From Fibrobacter sp. (GTDB lineage: Bacteria; Fibrobacterota; Fibrobacteria; Fibrobacterales; Fibrobacteraceae), in the NCBI RefSeq assembly GCF_045112255.1, contig NZ_JBGUHR010000015.1, positions 863 through 64,862 of the forward strand: 64,000 nt of DNA, written 5' to 3'. The position numbers were made by a program, and so were the translations under genes. Every line of letters starts with the position of its first letter. The first letter of the stretch is position 1. Below, in pieces: positions 48,636 through 57,269 of this stretch. Below the pieces are notes generated by a model. That model was given only the letters and a program-made list of their open reading frames with translations. It made no database searches and was not told where the DNA came from.

Positions 48636-48651
48636 ATTATATTACCTCCAA

Positions 48652-50457
48652 TTAAGATTTCTGTTGAAGTTGTTGGAACGTGAGTTCAATAAATTCCGCC
48701 GGACGGATCAAGGCGACCTTGACAGTGATTCTCAAATAGCCTTCGAGAATATCATCGGCTGTCATGGTATCGCCAAGCCCCACATGCACTTCATATGCAT
48801 CTTCCGGAGTCTGGCCAGCAAGGCCGCCACGTCTCCAGATGCCGTTGAGGAAGTTGTCGATCATATTTTTCATTGTAAGCCAAGTCGTAGCCGTATTGTT
48901 TTCAAACACGTAAGCCTTACAAGCCTGCTTGATCGATTCTTCGAGCATGATAATCGTGCGGCGCACATTGATATAACGCCAGTCAAGGCTATTGCCATTC
49001 AGCGTACGAGCGCCCCAGACCTTGATACCGTCGCCAATAAAGTAGCGGATGGCATTTACAGCCTTGCCGTTCAAAGGGACATTCAAGTCCTCCTGTTCTT
49101 CGTTGGTCATGTTCACTGCAGTCGATACAACGCCATTGATGCTGACATTTGCTGGAGCTTTCCAAACGCCATTGCTGTTATCGACACGGGCGTAGACACC
49201 AGCCATTGCAGCAGAAGGAGCCATCAAGTTGAGTTCATCGAGCATCTGAGACACCATTTCGACATACGCCGGGCAAACAGCCATGAGCTGATTATGCATA
49301 TCCGTCGAATCATCATTCGTCATGTCGAAGCTGCTCAAGCGATCGAAAATTTTGATGAGATCTTTGTTTTTATTTAAATAATCGTTGTAATCTTGTATTT
49401 TTTGTAAAAAACTACAAAGATTGGTTAATTCAGCCTCAATCTTTTCCTTATCAGTCTGATCTTTAGGAACAGTTACCGCATTCAACTTCGTTAAAACGTC
49501 TGCATAATCCTTGTCCAACTCAATCGGGAATATTGAATCTTGAGTTGGAAGACCAGCTATACTGGGATTCGCATTGAACAAATCTTTGCAGTCATCCTGA
49601 GTCAAAACAGACAGATCGGGCAACTCCGGCAAAACAGAAATTTTCAAATCATCCGCTAACAGTTTGTATGGAGTTCCCGTAACCTGACCTTTATCATCTT
49701 TTTCAGGTTCAATGATTGCAAACGAGACCTCATTAGAAGAAACGACATTCGTTTTAACCCACGGGTAATAAGACGCGCCGTAGTTGAGATACATCGTTCC
49801 AACTTTCTCGCGGAAATCAGCGACGCAATCTTTTTCAAGATTTCTTTCGGTAAAGCCCTCAAAAACATCCAAAATCGTAAAGCGATTCTGCATTTTATTG
49901 CAATGAGCAAGCAATGCCGTATGCACATTTGCGCATAGACCAGCATCAGCGAGAGAAACCGCATCAGGAATAATCATCAAAGTCGGTTCCTGTTCCTTTT
50001 CGAACGGAGTAATGCCTTTGCACAACACTTCCTGATCAATTTCATTATTCTCAATTACTGTTATTTTTTTTGTATTGTCGGTCGGATCCGGTTTTTCTTT
50101 TTCAACCGTATAGCCGCCCACAGAGCAGATATAGCAGGTTGTGCCACCGTTCTGGAAGAAGATCCGCATGGAATCGTAAAGGCGGAACGCCGGCTTCGCA
50201 CTAAGGACAGCCTTGGCGTCATTGCTATTGTCTTTTTTATAAGTATATCTTACAGACGGCGCACCGCCGAAGATGCTCAGATATTCGGCAAAGGACGTAA
50301 TACGCACCGGCTTGTTAATCAAGCTGTTTTTGTTGTATTCCGTCTTTTCGGTATAGCCGATAAAGGCTGGAACCGCCGTAGCGACTTCTACGACCGATCC
50401 CGGGAAAGCGTCCTTCTCGACGAGATAGACGCCAGGGGTTTTGTATGCTGTTGGCAT
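48652..50457 (-). CDS. Contractile tail sheath protein (Afp2/3/4-like)
   Basis: YKTPGVY, TAVPAFIGYT, YYPW, GVWKAPAN, VWGARTL, WRYINVRR, RPAEFI. Confidence 0.95.
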   Translation of the reverse strand: MPTAYKTPGVYLVEKDAFPGSVVEVATAVPAFIGYTEKTEYNKNSLINKPVRITSFAEYLSIFGGAPSVRYTYKKDNSNDAKAVLSAKPAFRLYDSMRIFFQNGGTTCYICSVGGYTVEKEKPDPTDNTKKITVIENNEIDQEVLCKGITPFEKEQEPTLMIIPDAVSLADAGLCANVHTALLAHCNKMQNRFTILDVFEGFTERNLEKDCVADFREKVGTMYLNYGASYYPWVKTNVVSSNEVSFAIIEPEKDDKGQVTGTPYKLLADDLKISVLPELPDLSVLTQDDCKDLFNANPSIAGLPTQDSIFPIELDKDYADVLTKLNAVTVPKDQTDKEKIEAELTNLCSFLQKIQDYNDYLNKNKDLIKIFDRLSSFDMTNDDSTDMHNQLMAVCPAYVEMVSQMLDELNLMAPSAAMAGVYARVDNSNGVWKAPANVSINGVVSTAVNMTNEEQEDLNVPLNGKAVNAIRYFIGDGIKVWGARTLNGNSLDWRYINVRRTIIMLEESIKQACKAYVFENNTATTWLTMKNMIDNFLNGIWRRGGLAGQTPEDAYEVHVGLGDTMTADDILEGYLRITVKVALIRPAEFIELTFQQLQQKS

Positions 50458-50474
50458 TTATGATTCTCCTATTT

Positions 50475-51260
50475 TTATGGATTAACAAAACATTCTGCGA
50501 CAAAAATCGAGCCTCCGTCCTGACCCGTTTTTGTTTTGGCAATAGACTTTGCATTTGCATTCGGAAGGCATTTCATCAGAACCTTCGACGTCGCTGAGTC
50601 AAGCAGCTGGAACCGTGGAGGCGCCCCACTTACAATCGGAATTTCGCGTTGAGATACATAAAGCGAAAACCGCGATGATCTTTCAATACACACAAACTGC
50701 ACCGGGTCATCAGTCTTCAACGAGTCATTTATGAGCAAATTTTTATTCGCATACGCGCCAGAAACGCAATAGCACCACCTCAATTTTTTCGTCGGTATCT
50801 TTACAGTACATGTAAGATAATTTTCATGATTTATATATTCCGGTTCCAAAACAACTTCAAGCAAAAAAAGCACACCAAACATCTGTTGCAATTCAGGCAA
50901 AGTGTTTTTTTTACGCCCTTTGACACACACACCATTTGAGCATGACACATTCGCAACCGGGAACTCATCATGAGCAACATTATCAAATTTTGTCACATTC
51001 CAGACCTCCGAAATAGAAGCCCTGACGAAAAAGGAAAGCGTCATTTTTTTTGAAATAATGTTTTTATGAGGTTTGTAATAAGCAAAAATTCGAACTTTTC
51101 CATCGTAAATACGGCAGAGAAGTCCTTCCCTTCCCATTATTTCCGCTGTTTCAGAGGACGGGGTTACATTAAAACCACAACAACTCCCGTTGTAGTACTC
51201 ATGGCATAAAGATACATCGGCAATTCTTTCATATCCTTCACGTTTATCTTTTTGATCCAT
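50475..51260 (-). CDS. eCIS hypothetical protein between Afp16 and sheath
   Basis: TAATG overlap with upstream gene fixes the start (MDQKDK); HEYY motif and C-terminal LP.A motif. Confidence 0.7.
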   Translation of the reverse strand: MDQKDKREGYERIADVSLCHEYYNGSCCGFNVTPSSETAEIMGREGLLCRIYDGKVRIFAYYKPHKNIISKKMTLSFFVRASISEVWNVTKFDNVAHDEFPVANVSCSNGVCVKGRKKNTLPELQQMFGVLFLLEVVLEPEYINHENYLTCTVKIPTKKLRWCYCVSGAYANKNLLINDSLKTDDPVQFVCIERSSRFSLYVSQREIPIVSGAPPRFQLLDSATSKVLMKCLPNANAKSIAKTKTGQDGGSIFVAECFVNP

Positions 51261-51838
51261 TATATTAACCCCAACTCTGAATTTTCTGGCAACCGAATAA
51301 CATACGGCTGGTAATACGAATAGTTTCCACCAAGAGCAACCGTTTTTAGGCGATAAACAACAGAAGGAACATATTTTGCACCAACCATTCCCCACAAATT
51401 GTTCAACTCTTGCATATTCAAGTTTTCCATGTCAATTGCAATTTTTTCCAAGCCCTCAGGCAAGTCTGGCGAATTCGAACGGTCGAAAAAAGAATGATCC
51501 ATGAAAAATCCAACCGTTTTAGACAAATAACGCAACGAATCCAAATAATTCCGGCCTTTAAAATTTGCTGCAATAACAAAATACAGGTTCAAAAAGACCA
51601 TTTTGGGCGGAACAACAGCTCGATCGCCAGATACTTCTGGGACAGAATGATTCTGCATCATGCTATCCCGCTCCATATTCACAAGAAAAATGTTCAACTT
51701 ATTTACTGCGTCTTCATATTCTTTACCATCATTTTCAAGCATTTTCGAAACAACAACAAGATCTTCACGGACAGACATTTCCTGACGCAAATGAAGATTT
51801 AACCTCATAGCCAAATACTGTAAAGAAGCTCCTATCAT
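51260..51838 (-). CDS. DUF4255 / Pvc16 (Afp16-like) cap protein
   Basis: IFLVN.ERD, FLNLYF, NY..SL..LS..V.FF, ELNNLWG..G.KYVPSVVY. Confidence 0.88.
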   Translation of the reverse strand: MIGASLQYLAMRLNLHLRQEMSVREDLVVVSKMLENDGKEYEDAVNKLNIFLVNMERDSMMQNHSVPEVSGDRAVVPPKMVFLNLYFVIAANFKGRNYLDSLRYLSKTVGFFMDHSFFDRSNSPDLPEGLEKIAIDMENLNMQELNNLWGMVGAKYVPSVVYRLKTVALGGNYSYYQPYVIRLPENSELGLI

Positions 51839-52331
51839 ATTCTATACAAGTACCAACATTTATATTTTATACACATACATTTATATGCATTTTTTCATTT
51901 AAATTCATTCACCTTAAGTCGCAATATAATATTCTGTCAAGCTTTTTGTAAATTGTAAAATTTATTTTTCTACAGTTCATTTGTTTTTATAAACAAAAGT
52001 TTGTATAAGCGCAAATCAGCAGTTTTTAAAGCATTCAGACCTGCAAAAAATGTCAACATTTTACAATAATTTTACGAGTAAAAATCGAAAAATTGTTATG
52101 CGTACGCAAAGATCTGCATTATACAAGCAGCGTTATAGGTAATCCATATAATACGCATAAAAGCAAAAAAGACCTTTCGCGAACAAGCAAAGCTCCACAA
52201 CGCTGGCAAGCGGCCAAAAAAGCCTGTTTTTTGTGTAAAAACGCCAAAAATTACGCGTTTGTAATAAAATTAACAGATTATTTTACAATAATACTATGTG
52301 ATTAGGACTGATTTTATATTAAATTAAGCCC

Positions 52332-53669
52332 ATGTTTGAGCAAAATACAAGGCAAGAGCTGACCTCTCGCCAAAAAGAAATATTGTCTCTTTTACGCAAG
52401 GGACTCACAAATACAGAAATATGCAAGACTTTAGGCATTTCGGCGAATACCGTTAAAGTGCATCTTGCAAATATTTATAAGATTCTCGAAGTCACGAACA
52501 GGACTGAAGCTGTTTCTACGCAGAACGAATCCGCTATAAAGATCGACGATTTAAAAAAAGATTTAATCATCGTTTTCAACAAAGAAAACGACTTTGCAGC
52601 AACGCCAAAGGCGCAAGAACTTTACTTGTCCGTCGTCGAGTCCTTCCACCAGTATCACATATTCCGCATTATAGATTTTCCAGAAAAAGATCTTGTGCCG
52701 GGATTTGTCATTAGCGTTTCTGCAACACGCGACAACGAAGAAGTTCTATTTATTTCCATCAGGCAAGGCAACTCTCGAGAACTGCTCTGGACAACATCAA
52801 TCAAGGTCAACAGCGACGACATTTTGCTTTTAGCACAAAAGACATCTATGCTTTTGTTCAGAAGCCTGGTTCTTGCAACCGCTAAAATGAAGTACACCCC
52901 ATCCAGTTCCATCCCCTATTGGTGGTACGCTTCAATGTACTGCAATGTCAAACTAGAAAACCGTAGCAAAGAATCATTCGATATCAGCAAGAAAATGCTT
53001 ACGCCTCTTGCGACAGGCAGTGAATACAATGAACAGGCCACCTACATGTTGTCGATGGCTTATTACATAGCCTTTCTTGAAAACTGGGGCGACAGGCAAA
53101 CGAACAGCCTCGCACTGGGAGAGCTTGCGCGCAAAGCGATGTACAATGCGCCGTATTCGGTCTATTCAAAGGTCATCATGGCCTTCTACAACACGACCAT
53201 CGGCAACAAGGCAGAGGCAATTTCCTACCTCCAGCAGACCATTGAAGAAACCCCTCTTTTCATTACAGCCCGCATATACCTCATACAAATTTATCTGCTT
53301 ACAGGGGAAGAAGAAAGAGCGCTCAAGCTCATCGACGAATGCGAACGTCTAATTCCAGAAACAGCAAATAAAGCATCGGTCACCCACGCAAGGTCATTGA
53401 TTCTTTTTCTACAAGGTCGATACAGCGAGTGCAAGAAACTAGCCAAACAGGTTTTACTTTATACGCCCAACGCGATGGCGGTTCGCCTCATCATGATAGC
53501 ATGCTGCTATAAAATGGGTCAAAAAGCAGAATGTGAAGCCCAAATCAAAAAACTATACGAGAACCATCCGTCTTTTAGCCAAAACGACATAGAGCAGCTT
53601 TTAGCCGGTGTCGCCCCGCAAAAGAAAGCCTTTATTATGGAATCATTACAAGAAATATTCAAAAAATAA
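52332..53669 (+). CDS. LuxR-type HTH transcriptional regulator with C-terminal TPR repeats
   Basis: LTSRQKEILSLLRKGLTNTEICKTLGISANTVKVHLANIYKILEVTNRTEAV; helical TPR-like C-terminus; divergent from the eCIS operon. Confidence 0.88.
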   Translation: MFEQNTRQELTSRQKEILSLLRKGLTNTEICKTLGISANTVKVHLANIYKILEVTNRTEAVSTQNESAIKIDDLKKDLIIVFNKENDFAATPKAQELYLSVVESFHQYHIFRIIDFPEKDLVPGFVISVSATRDNEEVLFISIRQGNSRELLWTTSIKVNSDDILLLAQKTSMLLFRSLVLATAKMKYTPSSSIPYWWYASMYCNVKLENRSKESFDISKKMLTPLATGSEYNEQATYMLSMAYYIAFLENWGDRQTNSLALGELARKAMYNAPYSVYSKVIMAFYNTTIGNKAEAISYLQQTIEETPLFITARIYLIQIYLLTGEEERALKLIDECERLIPETANKASVTHARSLILFLQGRYSECKKLAKQVLLYTPNAMAVRLIMIACCYKMGQKAECEAQIKKLYENHPSFSQNDIEQLLAGVAPQKKAFIMESLQEIFKK

Positions 53670-53869
53670 TACTCAAATAATACATAAAATAACCCCACAT
53701 AATTCCAAGGATAAACGCTTCGTAATCATACAAATTAGTACATACAAACGCCAAATCAGATTATTGCGAAATAATACCATTTGATTCTACTTTTAGCACA
53801 GATCTTAAGAACAACGAATCAATCAGTTCTTAAGACATGCTCAAACAACTAAAACAGGAGAAAAATCAA

Positions 53870-54208
53870 ATGGATAGCATCCGCTACTTCAAACTTCACA
53901 ATTCGGCAGCATTCGTAGTACGCATTAAAGTCGAAGTGACTGACAAAGACGGTAAGATTTACGAAGTTGGAAAAGACGGTTACGATGACATCTGCGTCGG
54001 CGCCGAAAGAACATTCGATTTGCTGAACGACCCGAACAGAACTATTACTTCGGGCGATACAGTACGTTTGAAAGCCGATGTGTCTGGCGGAACAGACAAG
54101 CTTGCAGAAGAATCTTTCACTTACGACCCGAACTCTCCGAAGACGGCTCGTTACAAGATCACCGGTTCTCTCTTTGGCAAGACCCTCCATTTCGAAGACT
54201 GCAACTAA
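53870..54208 (+). CDS. Small beta-sandwich protein resembling cholesterol-dependent cytolysin domain 4
   Basis: CAGGAG RBS; LHNSAAFVVR, DKDGK, VRLKA, ITGSLF. Confidence 0.55.
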   Translation: MDSIRYFKLHNSAAFVVRIKVEVTDKDGKIYEVGKDGYDDICVGAERTFDLLNDPNRTITSGDTVRLKADVSGGTDKLAEESFTYDPNSPKTARYKITGSLFGKTLHFEDCN

Positions 54209-54230
54209 TTTTCAAACAAATTAGTAGAGC

Positions 54231-54266
54231 GAAAGGTGAAGACCCATTTGAGGTTTTCACCTTTTT
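54231..54266 (+). terminator. Intrinsic terminator
   Basis: AAAGGTGAAGAC...GTTTTCACCTTTTT. Confidence 0.7.
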
Positions 54267-54363
54267 AATACTCAATATAATCCAAATGGGTTATTGCGAA
54301 ACAGCGATTATACATTTATTTTTGATTTTGCAATTAACAAAAAACTTTATACAGGAATAAAAC

Positions 54364-55371
54364 ATGAATACGCAAAATGCGCCGCAAAACGAAGAAGAAA
54401 AAGAAATCGAACTCAAGGACTTGAAGCCAGGTGACATTCTCATTTTTGATGGAGAAACAGACGACCTCATTTCCCGCCTTATCATGGCATTTACCAATTC
54501 CAGAGTTACCCACGGCGCAATTTTCATGCAAAACGGCGAGAATGCAGCATTAGCAGACGCCGGGCAAGACGGGATCAACATGCACCTTGTTACAAGTACT
54601 CCAAACGCTCGTGGCGTACACGTCCGCCGAATCACAAAGAAAGGCGGTTTCGGAGACGATTTCGACAAGATCGTGGCTCCAGTCACCGATATCGCATACG
54701 ACTACGTCAAGCAGGGACTCGTTTATCCTTACTCGAATCTGGTTTTGCTCGCCATGATCCTCATTTACAAGGATGTTTCTCACGTAAGCCTCAAGCAAGC
54801 TGCAATTATCAAGTTGTTAAAGATTGCAGCCGCCGAACTGAAGACCTTAATCGATGAAAAATACCACGATGGCAAACACACGATGGTTTGCTCTTCATAC
54901 GTGTACCAGTGCTATCTGGATGCATCCAAGAACAATCCTGATTTGAAGATCAATATTAAAAACGGCGACGTTGACGCCAATCTCAGAGCCGGCAAGCGCA
55001 CAGCAACGCTTTTGGATCTTTACGCCGAACACGCTGCGGAATACAACTTCAACAAGACTTTCACCGCAGAAAACGACGAACCGGTAACGGAATCCACTCA
55101 AGAAGTTTTGGAAGATCTTGTTGACGATAAAAATGAAGATCACGTTTACCTGCTGAAGAGCAACTTCTTGAGCAACGCCATTGAAGATTTCTTGAAATCG
55201 CTCTTGAAGGCAAGCGGCATTGTCGTCGATAGCATCAAGGATTTGATCGACAACGCCAAGCAACAGCAGGCCATGTTCGTCACACCGCACGACTTGTATT
55301 GCCACACGACAAATACGGTTTCAGTCGGTAAAGTTCCTCTCGACCGACACAGCGAAAAATACAACCCGTAA
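54364..55371 (+). CDS. Permuted papain-like NlpC/P60 (YiiX/YebB-like) enzyme
   Basis: LKPGDILIF, THGAIF (His before Cys), MVCSSYVY, VTP.DL. Confidence 0.75.
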   Translation: MNTQNAPQNEEEKEIELKDLKPGDILIFDGETDDLISRLIMAFTNSRVTHGAIFMQNGENAALADAGQDGINMHLVTSTPNARGVHVRRITKKGGFGDDFDKIVAPVTDIAYDYVKQGLVYPYSNLVLLAMILIYKDVSHVSLKQAAIIKLLKIAAAELKTLIDEKYHDGKHTMVCSSYVYQCYLDASKNNPDLKINIKNGDVDANLRAGKRTATLLDLYAEHAAEYNFNKTFTAENDEPVTESTQEVLEDLVDDKNEDHVYLLKSNFLSNAIEDFLKSLLKASGIVVDSIKDLIDNAKQQQAMFVTPHDLYCHTTNTVSVGKVPLDRHSEKYNP

Positions 55372-55399
55372 TAGGGTAAAAAAATACCTCAAACATAGT

Positions 55400-55457
55400 G
55401 CTGCAAGAGCTTGAAAAGGATCCACCTCCCCAAGGAAAGCTCTTGCAGCATTTTTTA
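55400..55457. terminator. Long hairpin terminator between convergent genes
   Basis: TGCTGCAAGAGCTT...AAGCTCTTGCAGCA followed by T tract. Confidence 0.7.
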
Positions 55458-55511
55458 TACAGAAAAGGCGGGACAAAGCCCGCCGAAATGTAACCTGCTG
55501 AAAGCCGAGCG

Positions 55512-56840
55512 TTAGGCGCTCACGCTTAATTCGCTCACGGCAAGTGCAGGAACCTTGTAGCTTGCAAACGGATCGCGGTATTCGTTACCGACCGCCACAA
55601 TGTTCTTGATGATGTCGAAGAAGTTCCCGCTGAGCGTGACGCCATCGACCGGGTGCTGGATAGCCCCGTTCTCGCACCAGAAACCATGCGCACCGATGCT
55701 GAGTTCACCGCTCACGGAATTGCAGCCGGAATTGCCTTCCAGGCGCACCACGAGCAAGCACTTCGGGAAAAGCTTCAGGAGTTCCATCGTCGTCATGCTT
55801 CCTGGCGGTACGAGCATATTGTAGAAGCTCGTGGACATCTTGCTGCCAAAACTACGAGCGCCATTGCCGGTCGTTTCGCGACCCGCTTTTGCTGCGGTTT
55901 CGAGATTGTAAAGCGCCGAATTGAAGACGCCATTTTCGACAACCTTCACGCGCTTCGTGAGGCAGCCTTCGGAATCGAAATAGAACTTGTGCTCGAACAT
56001 TTCGCCAGTCGGATCGTTCCACAGCGAGAAAACGTCGCTTGCGATTTTTTCGCCTTCCTTACCGTCGAGGCGGGACTGCCCCTTCTGCATTGTTTCAGCA
56101 AAGAACGGCTGGCTGTACATGCCAAGGAAACGCGCAGAAATGCGTTCCGAGAGAATCACAGGAATCTTGCCGCTTTCGATTTTCTGGGCGCCAAAAAGTT
56201 CCGTCGCATATTCGGCAGTCTTGCTTGCGATTTCATCGACAGAGAATTCGTTCCAGTCGCGGCCATTCTTGACAAAGTTGCCAAGTTTCTTAATGCCGTT
56301 GCGACTTGCGACTGCACCTGCACCCGCAGAAGCGCAGTTCGAGCGGGCTTCGTAGAAAAGTCCCGTATTGTTTGCAACAACGGAATAATCATGTTCGATA
56401 TCGCCACCGAGGTACGGGATGTTCTCGATTTCCTTGGACTTTGCAAACGTCGCCCTTTCAAGCTCGATGCAGAAATCTTTCATGGTCGCAAGGTCAAGCG
56501 ATTCAAGTGCCGGATTGTAGTTCGGTTCGCCCTTCGGGAGTTCTACCGCATTCGGGAGTGTAATGTCGATCTTTTCGGTCCACTGCGTGTGGCAAAGAGC
56601 GTCCTTGAGCGTCTGGCGCAAGGCTTCGTCGGTGAGTCGTTCCGTATGCGCGTAACCTGGGCGGCCATCTTTGATGACGCGGACCCCAAGCCCTACGGAA
56701 TCCGAAATTTCAGTACTCTGGACCTGCCCCTGAAAGACGGACAAGCCCTCGGAATGGGTGTTAGAAGCGATTACATCGAACTGTTCGGCTTCGCCCTTGG
56801 CGAGGTCGCACATGAAAGAAACGGCATCTTTAATATTCAT
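55512..56840 (-). CDS. pmbA: TldD/PmbA family protein (PmbA-like)
   Basis: GLGVRV, FDSEG, TTGNG.R, SGE.S....G...ENG.I.HPV..VTLSGN; no HEXXH. Confidence 0.85.
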   Translation of the reverse strand: MNIKDAVSFMCDLAKGEAEQFDVIASNTHSEGLSVFQGQVQSTEISDSVGLGVRVIKDGRPGYAHTERLTDEALRQTLKDALCHTQWTEKIDITLPNAVELPKGEPNYNPALESLDLATMKDFCIELERATFAKSKEIENIPYLGGDIEHDYSVVANNTGLFYEARSNCASAGAGAVASRNGIKKLGNFVKNGRDWNEFSVDEIASKTAEYATELFGAQKIESGKIPVILSERISARFLGMYSQPFFAETMQKGQSRLDGKEGEKIASDVFSLWNDPTGEMFEHKFYFDSEGCLTKRVKVVENGVFNSALYNLETAAKAGRETTGNGARSFGSKMSTSFYNMLVPPGSMTTMELLKLFPKCLLVVRLEGNSGCNSVSGELSIGAHGFWCENGAIQHPVDGVTLSGNFFDIIKNIVAVGNEYRDPFASYKVPALAVSELSVSA

Positions 56841-56865
56841 ATCGCAAGTATAATAATTATATAGA

Positions 56866-56890
56866 TGTCACCCCGGATTTATTCCGGGGG
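56866..56890. repeat. REP-like palindrome
   Basis: TGTCACCCCGGATTTATTCCGGGG, the reverse complement of the element at about 9635. Confidence 0.7.
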
Positions 56891-56913
56891 CGGCATACAC
56901 TTTTTAGTATTAC

Positions 56914-57150
56914 CTATCGAGAAGCGCGGCTTTTGCGTTCGAGCATTTTCCAATAGGCGGCGGGGCTACCCGTCACGGATTCAAGCGCATTCGCGATTTC
57001 GGTCGAGATGCTGATTTCACCTGCTATCAGCTGGTCGAGCATTTCTACAGAAACGCCCACCCTGCGGGCAAATTCCGGCTTGTCAATTTTGAGCCATTCA
57101 ATTCCTTCGAGGATCGCCTGTCCCGGCGTCGCGGTTCCATGTCTTGGCAT
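56914..57150 (-). CDS. HigA-like HTH antitoxin / XRE regulator
   Basis: TPG..I.E......I...EFA.R.GVS......LI.G..SIS...A..L..V.G.PA.YW. Confidence 0.75.
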   Translation of the reverse strand: MPRHGTATPGQAILEGIEWLKIDKPEFARRVGVSVEMLDQLIAGEISISTEIANALESVTGSPAAYWKMLERKSRASR

Positions 57151-57181
57151 AATTTTAGTCGCTAGTTATTAGTTCACTTAA

Positions 57182-57269
57182 TTAGGAGTTCGGAATTCGG
57201 AATTTAAATAATCGCGGCAAAGCCGCCAAATAAATCAATTCCTAATTCCTACTTCATAATTCCGAATTT
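57182..57269. repeat. Inverted heptamer arrays flanking a small hairpin
   Basis: ttaggag ttcggaa ttcggaa ... GCGGCAAAGCCGC ... aattcct aattcct acttcat aattccg. Confidence 0.6.

Noticed and set aside
51261..51395. N-terminal extension of ORF 50475-51395
   Set aside because: Overlaps the Pvc16-like gene; TAATG coupling indicates a start at 51260
36645..51838. Type VI secretion system or prophage tail
   Set aside because: No TssJLM, TssK or ClpV, and no capsid, portal, terminase or integrase; Pvc16, CIS tape measure and Afp15 signatures point to an eCIS
22397..55400. Genomic island integrated at tRNA-Arg
   Set aside because: The tRNA 3' end faces away from the eCIS; no integrase and no duplicated att site seen. 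The 10-bp CCCGGTTCGC match near 26038 is part of a terminator hairpin
55653..56864. 403-aa plus-strand ORF
   Set aside because: Antisense shadow of pmbA
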